From Eledone cirrhosa (taxonomy: Eukaryota): DNA of 64,000 nt. The stretch lies in assembly GCA_964016885.1 (NCBI GenBank), contig OZ024745.1, forward strand, positions 32,116,001 to 32,180,000. Reading direction: 5' to 3'. Position 1 is the stretch's first letter. Every line of letters starts with the position of its first letter. The notes under the pieces were generated by a model that did no database searches, was not told the DNA's origin, and saw nothing but the letters and a program-made list of their open reading frames with translations. A program made the position numbers and the translations under genes. Of the stretch, positions 43,700-58,028 are shown one piece after another.

Positions 43700-43975
43700 A
43701 ATCTGACCAAAGAAACAATGTTTACATTGATCTTTCTATTGCTGATACTATCTGCCAGTTGTAATTCCTGGCAGAAAAAAGAAGCCAATCCTCAGATCAG
43801 ACCAAGGAAACAATGTTTACATTGGTCTTTTAATTGCTGATAATATCTTCCAGTTTCAACACCTGACAGATGAAAGAAGTGAAACGTCTGATAGAACTAA
43901 GGAAACAATATTTACATTGATTTTACCATTACTGATGGAGTCTGGCAGTTACAAATCATGACAGAAGAAAGTGCA
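43700..43975. repeat. Diverged 95-bp tandem repeat, 3 copies
   Basis: gaaacaat(g/a)tttacattg at 43712, 43807 and 43902. Confidence 0.85.
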
Positions 43976-44279
43976 ACTTGAACACAGAATGTACAAAGCC
44001 AGATGGGATAATGTAAAAACATATGACTTTTTAACAATTCCACTAGTTCTGAATTGGTACTTTATCCGCACCAAAAGGATGAAAGGTAAAGTTGACCAAA
44101 ATGAAGAAAGCAAAATTAAATATACAGGAATTTGTAAAATGGGACAGAACAATAAATCCAACAAAAATGTAACTATCGTAGAGATAAATAACTTTCAACA
44201 TAAGGAAAATTGAAAGAATGGGTACCTATAGGGTTAACTATATCACTAACACTACACCTAGCTGATTAAATTTCAGTTA

Positions 44280-44712
44280 CCATATATATACTCATATATA
44301 AGCTGAGAAATATATGACAAAAACATTGATGGTAAAATGGGGGTCAGTTTACATTCGAGGTCAATTTTGCTGATTTTATCAACTTCAAAATTCTACATAA
44401 ATGGGGTGCTGAAATATTTTCACTTTGGAGGTGAATATTACACCAGTTTCTCTTTTGACGTGAAATTCGTTTTTGATGTGTTTTGAATGAATATGACCTT
44501 CAAAATGGTCGGAATTTAGTAAAAATCATTACGTAATGGAATTCTGAAATAAAAACTATACTCTAAACGACACTTAAAACCTTTTAAATATCAAAATATT
44601 AAAACTTCATATTCTTCACTCATGAGAATTTCAAAACTGTACCATCTGTGTTGATTAGTTACCTCGACTTATACACAGAGTTTAGATTTGGCTTATATTC
44701 GAATGTATACAG
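44280..44712. mobile_element. Tc1/mariner (pogo/Tc2-like) MITE
   Basis: Degenerate TIRs TA|ccatatatatactcatatataagctga ... ttggcttatattcgaatgtatacag|TA with TA target duplication. Confidence 0.65.
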
Positions 44713-45135
44713 TAATTCAAGCATTAAAACATTCTAATAAATAAAAGAAGGGAAATAACCTAAATACAACTTCTGGTAAGCATCAGATCCTTTTGAATAA
44801 TACTACAGAACATAATTTAAATAACTCCCGGAATTAAATCAGTCCCCATGCATGCAATATATGTTTATTTTGGTTGTACGTATATGAACTATAGGATTAC
44901 TTAATGATATTTTAATGATGTATATGTCCTAGTTTTCCTTGTCTGGTGAGCTTGCTAGTGTTTGTCAATTATTTAAAAAATATGAAAATGTGGTTTTAAG
45001 CTAAATGACAGTTACCACTGACCTCTAACAAAGAATGAAATGAAGAATTTGTCAGTAAGCTGGAAATCCTAATACCACACAGGCACACACACACACACAC
45101 ATTCATACACACACATATATGTGTGTGTGTGTGTG

Positions 45136-45675
45136 TCATCATCATCACCGTTTTACGTCTGTTATTGCACGCTACCATGGGTTAGACGGGTTCTCCTGTT
45201 GTGGGCAATGCCAGGTCGGGTGACCTTGTCTTGCTCATACGGGAACTGATTTTGGCTTGATTTCTACAGCTGGATGCCCTTCCTAACACCAACCTCATTT
45301 ACAGTGAGGGCTGGGTGCTTTTTTTACCGTGGCGCCTACACAGCCACTTTACAGTGTGGTGAACTAAGTGCTTTTTTGTCATGACACCTCCACGATCACT
45401 TTTCAGTGTGTGCAGGGGGGGGGGGGGCATATTGCCTATATGCTTCAGCTTCGACTTGTACCCGTGGGAAGTTGGGTCTTCTGTATTACTGTGTGGTGCC
45501 AGAGGTGCAATTGGGTAAGGTCAGTTTTTATCACCTTATCCCAGGTCTTCTTGGGTCCCCCCACTCCATGGCTTCAATGACTTTTAGTGCTCTGCACCTT
45601 TTTATGCAGCTGTCATCCTTCATACGCACCACATGTCCATACCAATGCAACCGCCTCTCCTGCACACAGCATTTG
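45136..45675 (-). mobile_element. RTE family B degraded 3' fragment
   Basis: KCCVQERRLHWYGHVVRMKDDSCIKRCRAL; 3' UTR similar to 48074-48370. Confidence 0.85.
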
Positions 45676-45720
45676 TGTATATATATATATATATATATGA
45701 GGGTGTATATATATATGAGT

Positions 45721-45970
45721 GAAGGCACATGGCTTAGTGGTTAAAGCATTGGGCTTGCAATCGAAAGGTTGTGAGTTCAATTCTCGGACCGGGTGCTGTG
45801 TTGTTTCCTTGAGCAAGACACTTTATTTCACTCAGCTGTAGAAATGAGTACTGGCTTGCCCACCCAGCCAGTGGGATGGCGTTATCTTATGGCTAAAACA
45901 GCACAACGTGCTGTGACCAGCGGCATCAATTGGTGCCCGTCAGACTGGTTGGTCAAGATGATCAAGGTGA
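45721..45970 (+). mobile_element. tRNA-derived SINE with family 1 head and a different tail
   Basis: Head matches 31969-32110; sequence diverges after gctgtagaaatgag. Confidence 0.75.
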
Positions 45971-46018
45971 TATATATGAGGGTATATATATATCTATATA
46001 TGAGGGTATATATATGTG

Positions 46019-46063
<45 letters not shown>

Positions 46064-47184
46064 TCAAAATAGGAGGTGCACAGGACAAAGACGATGGAAA
46101 AACAATGAAAAATGGACAGTCCTCAGTCAACCTCTGGAAATCACTTGTTTTGGTTTTGGTGCATTAAAGTTGATACTGTTCATTCCAGTGCACATTGGGA
46201 TGTAACAAAAAATATAGAGACAAAGACAGGACAAGTTATGCCTTTCAGTGAATTACTCAAATATAGATGGAAAAGTATCCCAAGTACACCGACTGAATAA
46301 GGGAGAGAATGGTGTGTGATAGCTTAAGAGAAAAATATAGAAAAGAAAGAAATAGAAAAGAATAATATGGACTGCAGTTTATTACATAAAATTGTGATGG
46401 AAGGTTCTTAAATATAAACACTTTTAAAACAAACAATTTTATATGATAGAACTGCAGGGGCTGGTTTTAGGCAGTTTGCTACTAAAAGGGTTAAATCTTC
46501 AATGACTTTTATATTGCAATATTTTATTTATTAATCTATCAGTAAATTAATATTATTTCACTTGGATAATTTATCTTTTTTGAGTATGTTCTGTTTGAGA
46601 TGTTGCTATGTTGTTGTTCTTGTAGTTATTTAGCCTCCAGATCAGCCAGGGTCAAACACTACTAGAATCAAAGGCATTATAGTTGTAACCAACCTTTTAC
46701 AGTGTATCTAGGACTACATTATTCAATGTGTCCTTCCCTTGTTAAAAAAGTAGGGTGTGAATCAGTAGGGGAAGATTTAGCTTCTATTTCTAGCAGGTTA
46801 TAAGATTATATATTTGTTGTTGTTGTTGTTGGACATGATTGAACAAAACTGTGATTAAAAGCATTCCAGCTGTGATCATTTTTTTTTTTGTATATTTTTG
46901 TGATCGTTTTTATGAGATACATTTGACTGCTTTATTTAGTTAATCAAATGATAGTGCAAATGCTTTCTCATTGGTTTATGTTGTTATTATTGTTAGTGAT
47001 AGTTTTATCAGGAGAGAGAGAAGGATAGATAATCTTCCCTGAATAACTGACAAAATAAAATGAACTAATTTCTTTATTAATATTATTTTGTTTTTTACCT
47101 TTACAGGATATAAATATTTTGTGATCTATTCAATAAACAGAGACGTTCACTTTCTAAATAGGGTGATATTATATTATTCAATAT

Positions 47185-47592
47185 GGAAGGGGTGTAATTT
47201 GGCAGAATTGGCAGTGTTAGACGAACTACAATGTAGTATTGGTCAGCTCTTTACATTCTGATTTCAAATCCTGTCACAGTCAACTTTGCCTTTCATCCTA
47301 TCAGGGTTGATAAAATAAAGTACCAGTCAAGTACTGGGGTTGATTTAATTAACTTCACTTTTCCTCTAAATTTTCTGGCTTTGTACCTAGATTATAAATC
47401 ATTATATTATGGATTGGCAGTATCGGTAGAGGGTCGGACGCCATGCTTTCCGGCATAGTTATGTCCCTTTACGATCTGAGTTCAAATCCCGCCGAGGTTG
47501 ACTTTGCCTTTCATCCTTACGGGGTCAATAAAATAAAGTACCAGTAATGCACTGGGTAATTGCTGGCCTTGTGCCTAAAGTAGAAACAATTA
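47185..47592 (+). mobile_element. Two SINE family 2 copies in tandem
   Basis: Older copy at about 47190-47400 and younger copy at 47410-47592; attatattattcaatatg flanks the pair. Confidence 0.8.
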
Positions 47593-48073
47593 TATTATTC
47601 AATATGTGAGACTATATAGTTTGAAGAAAAATATGAAGGTGATTGTTTGCTTGGTCAGGACAAACTCAATTTAGGGCTAAAGAACTGCATTAACAACAGT
47701 GTATACATATTTAACCCATTTGTAGCCATATTTTTAATGATAGACACTGTCTTTAAAGTTCAAATAACTTTGAAAATAATCATGAATTTGAAGGGATATA
47801 GTAATATAACTAACTTCCTCATTGTTTGGGATATAATAAATGTTCCTATATGAAATTATGATTGGAGGTTTTGAGATATATATGAACTCTTTAGAACATA
47901 AATCAAGAGTGGTTTCAAATGGCTTGATACCAAAAGGATTGAAATGCTTTAGTGTGTAACAACTGCACAATTCTAGATATATAAATAGCTATATTCTCAG
48001 TGTGTGGGATCAAACTTTTGCCTTGTAAAGTATCATTGATTATTCACAATTAAATTATATACTCTGAATACAT

Positions 48074-51000
48074 TCATCATCATCATCATCACAGTTTTAC
48101 GTCCGTTCTTCCACGCTAGCATGGGTTAGACGGGTTGTCCTGTTGTGGGCAGTGTCTGGTCGGCTGACCATGCCTTGCTCATACAGGAACTGATCTGGCT
48201 TGATTTCCACAGCTGGATGCCCTTCCTAACACCAACCTCATTTACAGTGAGTGCTGGGTGCTTTTTCGTGGCGCCTACACGTCCACTTTACAGTGTGGGC
48301 TGGGTGCTTTTTTGCCGTGGCACCTCCACGGCCACCTTGCGGTGGGGGGGGGGCATATTGTTTATATGCTTCAGCATGTACCCATGGGAGGTCGGGTACC
48401 CTGTATTACTGCGTGACGCCAGAAGTCACGGTCGTGTGTCATTGACTTTGAGAGGTGTAGTTGGGTAAGGTCGGCTTTTATCACCTCATCCCAAGTCATC
48501 TTGGGTCTCCCCACTCCGCGGTTTCCATCAACTTCTAGTGCTCTGCACCTTTTTATGCAGCTGTCATCCTTCATACGCATCACATGTCCATACCAGCGTA
48601 ACCGCCTCTCCTGCACGCAGCATTTGATTCCTCTTATGCTCAGTCTCTCTCTCAATTCCTTTATGCTTTGTCGTTCACGTATATTACTGTTACACATCCA
48701 TCGGAGCATGCAGACTTCGTTTCTCTCTAATCTACGTAAGTCTTCCACCTTCAGCGCCCAGGTCTCACTACCATGCAACATCGCTGTTCGGATACACGCA
48801 TCATACAGTCTGCCTTTCATTCTGAGGGAGAAGCCTTTTGCAGCTAGCAGTGGTAGTAGTTCCCTAAACTTCTTCCATCCCGTTCTTACCCTAGTTATTG
48901 TACTTTCTGAGCACCCACCTCCGTTGCTAATTCGGTCACCTAGGTAGCAGAAGCTGTCTACTGTTTCTACAGGGCCCTCCCAGAGATTGGTGGTACTTGT
49001 TTCCTGTGGCTGTTTGCTTGCTGTTTCAGCACAGCTGCTGCATGTGAATCCTACATTCTTAATTAAGCTTCCTGAGATCCCGCTACATCTCTTGTGTACC
49101 CATTGTTTGCATTTGGGGCAGAGAATGGAGTTCCTACCTACACCTTTCCTACATACTGAGCAAGGCCATTTCCCTGAGGGGATCTGGGTTCTGTTTTCTG
49201 GTCTACTTACAAGGACCTTAGTCTTTGTCATGTTGACTTTGAGGCCCTTTCTCTCTAGTCCCTGCTTCCAGGTTTGGAATTTATTCTCTAGTTCTACCAT
49301 AGATTCAGCTATGAGTGCGAGGTCATCAGCATACAGGAGTTCCCATGGGCATCCGGTCTTAAACTCCTCCGTTATTGCCTGCAGGACTATGATGAACAGG
49401 AGAGGGCTAAGAACAGAGCCCTGGTGGACCCCAACCTGTACGCTAAATTCCTCGCTATACTCATTGCCAATCCTAACTTTGCTGACTGCTCCCCTATACA
49501 TGGCTTGTACCGCTTTCACAAGCCATTCATCTACTCCTAGTTTTCTAAGAGCCCACCAGATTACTGCACGTGGAACTCTGTCAAAGGCTTTCTCAAGGTC
49601 GACAAATGCCAAGTAGAGTGGCTTACTTTTAGCTAGGTACTTTTCCTGTAATTGCCTCACAAGGAAGAGGGCATCAGTGGTGCCTTTCCCTGGTACAAAC
49701 CCAAATTGCATCTCGTCTATATTCACCCGGTCCCTAATCAGCTGTGCTATAACTCTTTCTGTTACTTTCATGACCTGGTCCATCAACTTTATACCTCTAT
49801 AGTTTCCTCTATCTAGTGCATCGCCTTTACCTTTGTAGCAGTTGACAATGATGCTACTGCACCAATCTTTTGGTATGGCCCCCTCTAGTATTACCTGGTT
49901 AACGATACGTGTGGTTATAGTGTGACCTACAGACCCAGATGCCTTCAGCATCTCGGCAGCTATACCCGATGGACTGGTTGCCTTCCCTATCTTCATATCT
50001 CTGATTGCCTTACTTACTACGCTGCCGCTGACTTGTACTGCTGGTCCCTCTATAGGGTCTACGTGGGGTAGGGTCTCTTCTTCCCATGCATTCTCCTCAT
50101 TTAGTAATCTATCATAATGACTCTTCCATGCATCTTTCTTCTCAGCACTTGTGAGGGCAAGCTCACCTTTATCATTCCGGATACACTTCTCTCCAATGAC
50201 ATCACAACTATCTCTGACACACTGCCTCGCAATCTTGAATACCTCCTGTTTCTGGTCCTCACGTTGTAAAACATGCTTGAATTTTCTATCCTCTGCTTCC
50301 CTCCTAGCTAAGTATACTTGTCGCCTAGCTTCCCTCTTGGTCTCTATGTAATGTACCCTGCTCCCCCCGTTCTTCCATTCTTTCCATGCCTGTCTCTTGG
50401 CCTTGACTGCTTCATCTACCTTATTGTTCCACCACCAAGTCACTCTCCTCCTGCTTGAGGTCTTACTCCAGCCACAAACCTCATCCGTCGCCTCTAGTAA
50501 GTTATTTTTTAGGAACTCCCAGTTCTCTTCTACGTTAAATGTCTCTATCTGTTCTTCTTTACTGTCGTAGGCGTTGAGTAAAATATCTTTAAATCTGTTA
50601 CTGGTTGAGGGGACTTTCAGCTTCCAGATCTTTCTTCTCCAGGTTGGCCTCTGTTTCAGGGCTCGTCTAGTTCTGACCGTGAGGTCGCTGACAACTAAGC
50701 TATGTTGGGATGTACATTCCTCACTAGGGAAGGCTTTTGTGTTTACGACCGTCCATCTGTCACGTCCTCTGATGAGGATAAAATCTAACTGACTAGAGTG
50801 CTCCCCTGATCTATAGGTGATCAGGTGGTTGTCGGGTTTTTTAAAGTTTGTGTTACATATCGACATGTCATTGGTGTCGCAGAATTCTAGAAGTCTGAAT
50901 CCTTCCTCATTCCTTGTGCCAACTCCATGGCCTCCATGTACTCTATTGAAGCCGTCGCAGTGTTTACCTACGTGTCCGTTAAAATCTCCTGCAATGATTA

Positions 51001-51620
51001 GGAAGTCCTTGTCGTCTGTTAGAGCAGTAGTGTGCATTAGGGACTCGTAAAACCTATCCTTAAGTTCGTCTGGCAGCCCCGATTGGGGTGCGTAAGCTGA
51101 TATTATTGTGGTAATTGTCTTATTCAGGACTAGTCTGAGTTTAATGATTCTTGCATTTACCCTGTACACTGAGATTACTTTATCTACCCACTTGTCAGCT
51201 AATAGTATACCTACACCACCCATCCCATCGTCATTTCCCACCCAGAAAAATTTGTAGCACTGGCTTTTTCCTACAAGGACTCTAGCAGACCCTCCTCTCC
51301 ATCTAGCCTCTTGCACACAGCATACATCAACTTCCTTTCGCTCTAGCATTTCTACGATTTCTCCTGCTCTTCCTTTCATTGAGCCTACATTGATGGTACC
51401 AACTCGGAGTTTTGGGCATTTGTCGACACTCGTAGGGGAGGGTCTCTGGGTTGGCGCTTCACGTGGGTGCTTGGTAGCTCGCAGATTCATATTTCATCTA
51501 TTGATTCAGAGTTGCTCGTGTATTCCCAGCTCATCCATCCATAACGGTGGGAAAATTGAGGGCTAGAAGAACAGTGGTGGTGGGGTAATGGCAGGGTGTG
51601 TTGGGATGCGCCAATGAGGA
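48074..51620 (-). mobile_element. RTE LINE family B, apparently full length
   Basis: 5' UTR, single intact ORF, 3' UTR and (GAT)n tail; 5' boundary approximate, no clear TSD seen. Confidence 0.95.
48371..51490 (-). CDS. RTE-clade polyprotein: AP-endonuclease + reverse transcriptase + PHD finger (1039 aa)
   Basis: GTINV..CVQEARW..SAYAPQ..GDFNGHVG..LDFIL..SQH (APE); [28 protein letters not shown] (RT); CxxC-CxxC-H-C-CxxC. Confidence 0.96.
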   Translation of the reverse strand: MNLRATKHPREAPTQRPSPTSVDKCPKLRVGTINVGSMKGRAGEIVEMLERKEVDVCCVQEARWRGGSARVLVGKSQCYKFFWVGNDDGMGGVGILLADKWVDKVISVYRVNARIIKLRLVLNKTITTIISAYAPQSGLPDELKDRFYESLMHTTALTDDKDFLIIAGDFNGHVGKHCDGFNRVHGGHGVGTRNEEGFRLLEFCDTNDMSICNTNFKKPDNHLITYRSGEHSSQLDFILIRGRDRWTVVNTKAFPSEECTSQHSLVVSDLTVRTRRALKQRPTWRRKIWKLKVPSTSNRFKDILLNAYDSKEEQIETFNVEENWEFLKNNLLEATDEVCGWSKTSSRRRVTWWWNNKVDEAVKAKRQAWKEWKNGGSRVHYIETKREARRQVYLARREAEDRKFKHVLQREDQKQEVFKIARQCVRDSCDVIGEKCIRNDKGELALTSAEKKDAWKSHYDRLLNEENAWEEETLPHVDPIEGPAVQVSGSVVSKAIRDMKIGKATSPSGIAAEMLKASGSVGHTITTRIVNQVILEGAIPKDWCSSIIVNCYKGKGDALDRGNYRGIKLMDQVMKVTERVIAQLIRDRVNIDEMQFGFVPGKGTTDALFLVRQLQEKYLAKSKPLYLAFVDLEKAFDRVPRAVIWWALRKLGVDEWLVKAVQAMYRGAVSKVRIGNEYSEEFSVQVGVHQGSVLSPLLFIIVLQAITEEFKTGCPWELLYADDLALIAESMVELENKFQTWKQGLERKGLKVNMTKTKVLVSRPENRTQIPSGKWPCSVCRKGVGRNSILCPKCKQWVHKRCSGISGSLIKNVGFTCSSCAETASKQPQETSTTNLWEGPVETVDSFCYLGDRISNGGGCSESTITRVRTGWKKFRELLPLLAAKGFSLRMKGRLYDACIRTAMLHGSETWALKVEDLRRLERNEVCMLRWMCNSNIRERQSIKELRERLSIRGIKCCVQERRLRWYGHVMRMKDDSCIKRCRALEVDGNRGVGRPKMTWDEVIKADLTQLHLSKSMTHDRDFWRHAVIQGTRPPMGTC

Positions 51621-52158
51621 ATATTATAATTAAGATAGGAACTTACAATATGATTTTTATTTTAAATTATGTTAGAACTATTTTAATTTAAATAGGAACC
51701 CTTTTAGATGGGTGGTTTTGTTATATGCCAGGTTTGTATCAAAATGGTTGGAAAATGGACATTAAATGATGATGATGATGCTTATAGCCTTAGTATCTTA
51801 TGAAATTCTAAAGGAGAGAAAACAACTGACATAACAAATAACTCTAGGCTCATCTCTTAGGAAAATACATGATCTTCAGCCTGGTTCATTATCAGAGAAT
51901 TTAAGTTGCATCCAATGCCACAGTTGGATGAGATCAAAACAGTGGCACATATTTACAGTATCATTTAGTAATTCAAGTAGTTTTTTACAAAATTATTTAT
52001 TTTATATATCAAAATATAAAATTAATATTATATTTATTAGTAAAAGTTTATGCTATCATGCTTTTATAAATACAAAAAAATTAGAATTTTTAGATGCCTG
52101 GAACTCATCCCAATTCATTTCATGATAAAATGTACGAATATTTTGCACCAATATACAC

Positions 52159-52203
<45 letters not shown>

Positions 52204-52210
52204 TCCCTTG

Positions 52211-52253
<43 letters not shown>

Positions 52254-53699
52254 TGTATACATACAAATATATATATATGCTCAACATTAGAAGTCTCAGT
52301 ATGACCTATTTCATTTTAATGAAAGAAATCTCTCTCTATATATATATATTATCAATGAAAGCTATACATTAAAAACTTCCATGTCAGAGTTCCATGCCAA
52401 TAAATGAAGGGATATCAATCAGAGCCAAGTAATATGAAAGTATCATATAATATAGAAATATCATGTAATATAAAAATATTGTATATTGTTCTACACTATA
52501 CCAACACAAAACTAAACAAAATGGAGTTAATCACCACCTGCCAGTAAATATTCACGTGAATTTCAAAAACCATCCCTCCCCTTTCTCTCACTCTCTCTTC
52601 TGAATCACTGCTGGCATAATAGATTGTGTGACATTTCATACTAAGCCATTCACTATACATCATACATCCACAGAAGATCACTAGTTTTAATAAGGACCAA
52701 GATACTGTAGATATAGAAAAACATACAAACACACACATATACACACACAGAGACATGCACTCTTATACATCATTATTATCATCTTACATCTGTCATATAA
52801 ACACACACATATACTCACAGAGATACACCTTCTTATACATCATCATCATCATACATCAGTTGGACAGGTTATTACAGAGAAAGTGAGTACTTAATCATAG
52901 TTCCTGGCTTCCTTATATAGGTTGCAGGACCACATCTCACATAACATGGTTTCTACAGTAGGATATCCTTTCTTGTGCCAATCACTTTACAGTGTGTACT
53001 GGGGGAATGTTGCAATGTTATGTAATGGTTAAATCGTTGATGTGACTGAAGAGTCCCCTCCTTTTTTGGCATATCTATGGTTGGATACTACACTACAGAT
53101 ATGTGGAGGTGCAGGGCCTAGTAGTAAGTGCGTTGGACTTAGATCAAAATATCATGGGTTCACTTCCTGGATTGGGTTGTGTTTTGTGTTCTTGAGTAAA
53201 ATGTTTTATTTCAACTGAAAATGAGTACCAGCAGCAGTAGCTGGGCATTTAACCCTGCAGTAGACTAGCGTTCTATCCAGTGTGGAGTCTTGTACTCATT
53301 TAATACCATAGAAACTGGTTTAAGCACTTGCTTCGTGAGCTTCCAGGCTTGGGACAGACTTTAACCCTGTGATGGACTTGCATCTGGTCTGGGGGTCTTG
53401 TTCTCTCAGTCGTTTAGCACTACAATAACCAGTATAAGCACCAGACTGATGAGCCTCCGGGCTTGGGACAGACACTTTAATCTCTACAGATATGTTTCTC
53501 CATAGCAGGATGTTAATTGAGACAAATTTGGTTTCTATTTTTAGAAGCTCCCACATGTTGTTATTGTGCTCTCAGTCAACGTGATTAAGCAGAAGTATGA
53601 TCAAATGTATTCCAGTCATGATTATCCTGTCTTTTTCCTATGCGCAAGGAACCCATAATAGCATTATCCAATGTATTCTTTTCTAAGAAGGTATGGTAT

Positions 53700-54040
53700 C
53701 CTCATGATCACCATCACCCTTAAATCCATTTTTCCACAATTGCATGGGTTAGAGGGTCCTTCTCAGAACAACATTTCTCTACTCACCACATTTCTTTGTC
53801 ATCTCCTCTGTAAGACTCAATGAGATCAGCTCTCACCAACTCTGCCCAGGTCCTTCTTATGGCTTCCTACTACTGAGATTTCCTAACACTTCTTCACCCA
53901 TCAATCATCATCCATGTGCATTGCATGTCAGTACCGATGCAGTCTTCTCTCATGAACATCACCTTGGATTCCTTTTAAAACCAGTTTCTCCCTCAGCTCG
54001 TCGAAGCTCTGTCTTTCTCTTACACATACCATAGTCACAG
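53700..54040 (-). mobile_element. Old degraded RTE 3' fragment (family C-like)
   Basis: acttcttcacccatc..tcatccatg resembles 7580-7640. Confidence 0.6.
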
Positions 54041-54444
54041 ACCATATTTCACAACAATGCGGCATTGCACTTTGCATGATACAGGAGAGAATTGGCTGCT
54101 ATTTCTAACTGGTCAAAAAACCACAAAACGGCTCTTTCATTTAGCTTGCTGCTGGTGGTGGTGGTGGTGGTTGTGATGATAGTGTTTAGAAATTTGCAAC
54201 TCTGTAAGTTAGGAAGCAAGAATTTTTCAATCAGCTTTAAATCACAAGGGAATTTAATGAGTTTAGACTTCAGCAATGAAAAGATTTTAGCTGAACACAA
54301 CTTTCTTTGGAGTGAAGAATTGCGTAAAAGGAATTTCAGCTTCTATGCCATTCTTTGTGGTAATGGTAAAAATAAAGCAAATACCAACAAACAGCCTGTT
54401 GATATATATATATACACACATACATACATATATACACATAGATA

Positions 54445-55021
54445 TGGTGACTGTCAACTCGTTTTCGAGTACGGCCACTACTTTATATCCGATGTGCTGA
54501 ACGAGTGTGACATTTTAGTTCAGCCAGCGACTTGAAAAATCTGGTACAAACACTACACTTGTGATAATTATTGACACATAGTGCTGGGCCCATGGTACCA
54601 TGTAACGACACGTGCAGAGAGATCTCCAGATATAGAGCAATGCCTGTGCCGTGGAGATTTTATAGTGAGCAAAGGCACTGCACAAAGCCAGTCCCACTCT
54701 CTTAACCAAGATGATATTTACCAAAAAGAAGAACAAGTCAACATCATTGGATACCATCAGGGTTGCAGGTGTTATAACAGAGTTTTCCTTCTCCTAGAAT
54801 TCTGCCTTGACAAAGGCTAAGGGGTCATCTCTCCCGGTGATTTTGGATGGCCATTGACTCTTAAGAGCTCCTTTGCCCTTTGACAGGTTTTGTTTTTAGT
54901 CCGGCAGGATGTCCAAAGTCACCCTCCTCACCAAGAAACCTTGGTGGGGTTGCCAGTTTAGTCGCCAACGACCCCACCATGAGCCAGGGTGTACTGGGAT
55001 ACATGTTACCAGTAGCACCAA
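54445..55021 (-). mobile_element. ~600-bp dispersed repeat, copy 2
   Basis: Colinear with 23205-23800. Confidence 0.75.
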
Positions 55022-55588
55022 CACATACATATACATATATATATACACACATACATACATATATACACATAGATATACATATATATAGTCACATACATAT
55101 ATACACATAGATATACATACATATAAACACATACATATATACACATAGATATACATACATATAAACACATACATATATACACATATATATACATACATAT
55201 AAACACATACATATATACATATATATACATACATATAAACACATACATATATACATATAAACACATACATATATACATATAAACACATACATATATACAT
55301 ATATATACATACATATAAACACATACATATATACATATATATACATACATATACATATATACATATATATACATACATATAAACACATACATATATACAT
55401 ATAAATACATATAAACACATACATATATACATATATATACATACATATAAACACATACATATATACATATATATACATACATATAAACACATACATATAT
55501 ACATATATATATATACATATAAACACATACATATATACATATATATATATACATACATATAAACACATACATATATACATATATAAAC

Positions 55589-55619
<31 letters not shown>

Positions 55620-55779
55620 AACACATACATATATACATATATATACATATAAACACATACATATATACATATATATACATATAAACACATACATATATAC
55701 ATATATATACATACACACACACACACATATATATATACATATATACACACACATATATACATATACATAGACATACACA

Positions 55780-55811
<32 letters not shown>

Positions 55812-55915
55812 CATATATATATATATACATATATATATATACATATATATATATACATATATATATATACATATATATATACATATATATATATACATAC
55901 ATATATATATATATG
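55022..55915. repeat. C-type TA/CA array with a higher-order unit (ataaacacatacatatatacat)
   Basis: Direct inspection. Confidence 0.95.
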
Positions 55916-56262
55916 ATCATCATCATCATCGTTTAACGTCCATGTTCCACGTTCCACGCTTGCATGGGTTTGGACGGGAGTTTTCCCACTTGAGGCAAGA
56001 GTGGTTGTCTTGCTCGCATAGGACTGTCTGGCGGGTTTTCTACAGCTGGTTGCCCTTCCTAACACCAACCACATTTACAGTGTGGGACTGAGAGGTTTTT
56101 ACCGTGTTGCCTACACGGCCACATTACAGCGTGGACTGTGTGTTTTTTTGTCGTGACACCTACACGATCTCATTTGTTTCGGCCTGGATGTTGTGGCACC
56201 AACATAACTTTACATTGAAAGGGGCGATGTGGATGGGGTGGGGGTGGTGGGACGGGGGTGTA
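55916..56262 (-). mobile_element. RTE family A, 3' UTR-only insertion
   Basis: Matches the family A 3' UTR; (GAT)n tail; TA arrays on both sides. Confidence 0.9.
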
Positions 56263-57699
56263 TATGTATGTATATATACATATATACATATATACATATA
56301 CATATATACATATACACATATACATATACACATATACATATATACATATACACATATACATATATACATATACATATATACATATATACATATACATATA
56401 TACATATACATATACACATACACATATATATATACATATACATATATACATATATACATATACATATATACATATACATATACACATACACATATATATA
56501 TACATATACATATACATATATACACATATACATATATACATATACATATATACATATACATATATATATTCATATATATATATACATATATATATATACA
56601 TATATATATATACATATATATATATACATATATATATATACATATATATATATACATATATATATATACATATATATATATACATATATATATATACATA
56701 TATATATATATACATATATATATACATATATATATACATATATATATATACATATATATATACATATATATATACATATACATATATATATATACATATA
56801 TATATACATATATATATACATATATATGTATACATATATATATACATATATATATACATATATATATACACATATATATACATATATACATACATATATA
56901 TATATGTATATATATATATACATATATATATACATATATATGTATACATATATATATATACATATATATATATACATATATATATACATATATATATATA
57001 TACATATATATATACATATATATGTACATATATATGTACATATATATATACACATATATATATATACATATATACATATATATATACATATATATATACA
57101 TATATATATACATATATATATACATATATATATACATATATACATATATATATATATATACATATATATAAACATATATATATACATATATATATACATA
57201 TATATATACATATATATATACATATATATATACATATATACATATATATATATATATACATATATATAAACATATATATATACATATATATATACATATA
57301 TATATACATATATATATACATATATATATACATATATATATACATATATATACACATATACATATACATATATATACATATATATATACATACATATATA
57401 TACATATATATATATATACATATATATACATACATATATACACATACATACATACATACATACATATATACATATGTATATACATATTTATACATATATA
57501 TATACATATGTATATACATATTTATACATATATATATACATATATGTATATACATATTTATACATATATATATACATATATATATATACATATTTATACA
57601 TATATATATACATATATATATATACATATTTATACATATATATATACATATATATATATACATATATATACATATATATATATATATACATATATATAC

Positions 57700-57746
<47 letters not shown>

Positions 57747-57821
57747 CATATATATATATACATATTTATACATATATATATACATATATATATACATATA
57801 TATATATATACATATATATAC

Positions 57822-57852
<31 letters not shown>

Positions 57853-57883
57853 CATATATATACATATATATACATATATATAC

Positions 57884-57914
<31 letters not shown>

Positions 57915-57953
57915 CATATATATATACATATATATATATATACATATATATAC

Positions 57954-57984
<31 letters not shown>

Positions 57985-57997
57985 CATATATATATAC

Positions 57998-58028
<31 letters not shown>

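Noticed and set aside
43700-43975. Repeat-protein exon
   Set aside because: The 95-bp period is not a multiple of 3 and no open frame spans the repeats
48501-51050. Recurrent antisense ORFs over RTE copies
   Set aside because: Shadow frames of the LINE ORF with no independent motifs
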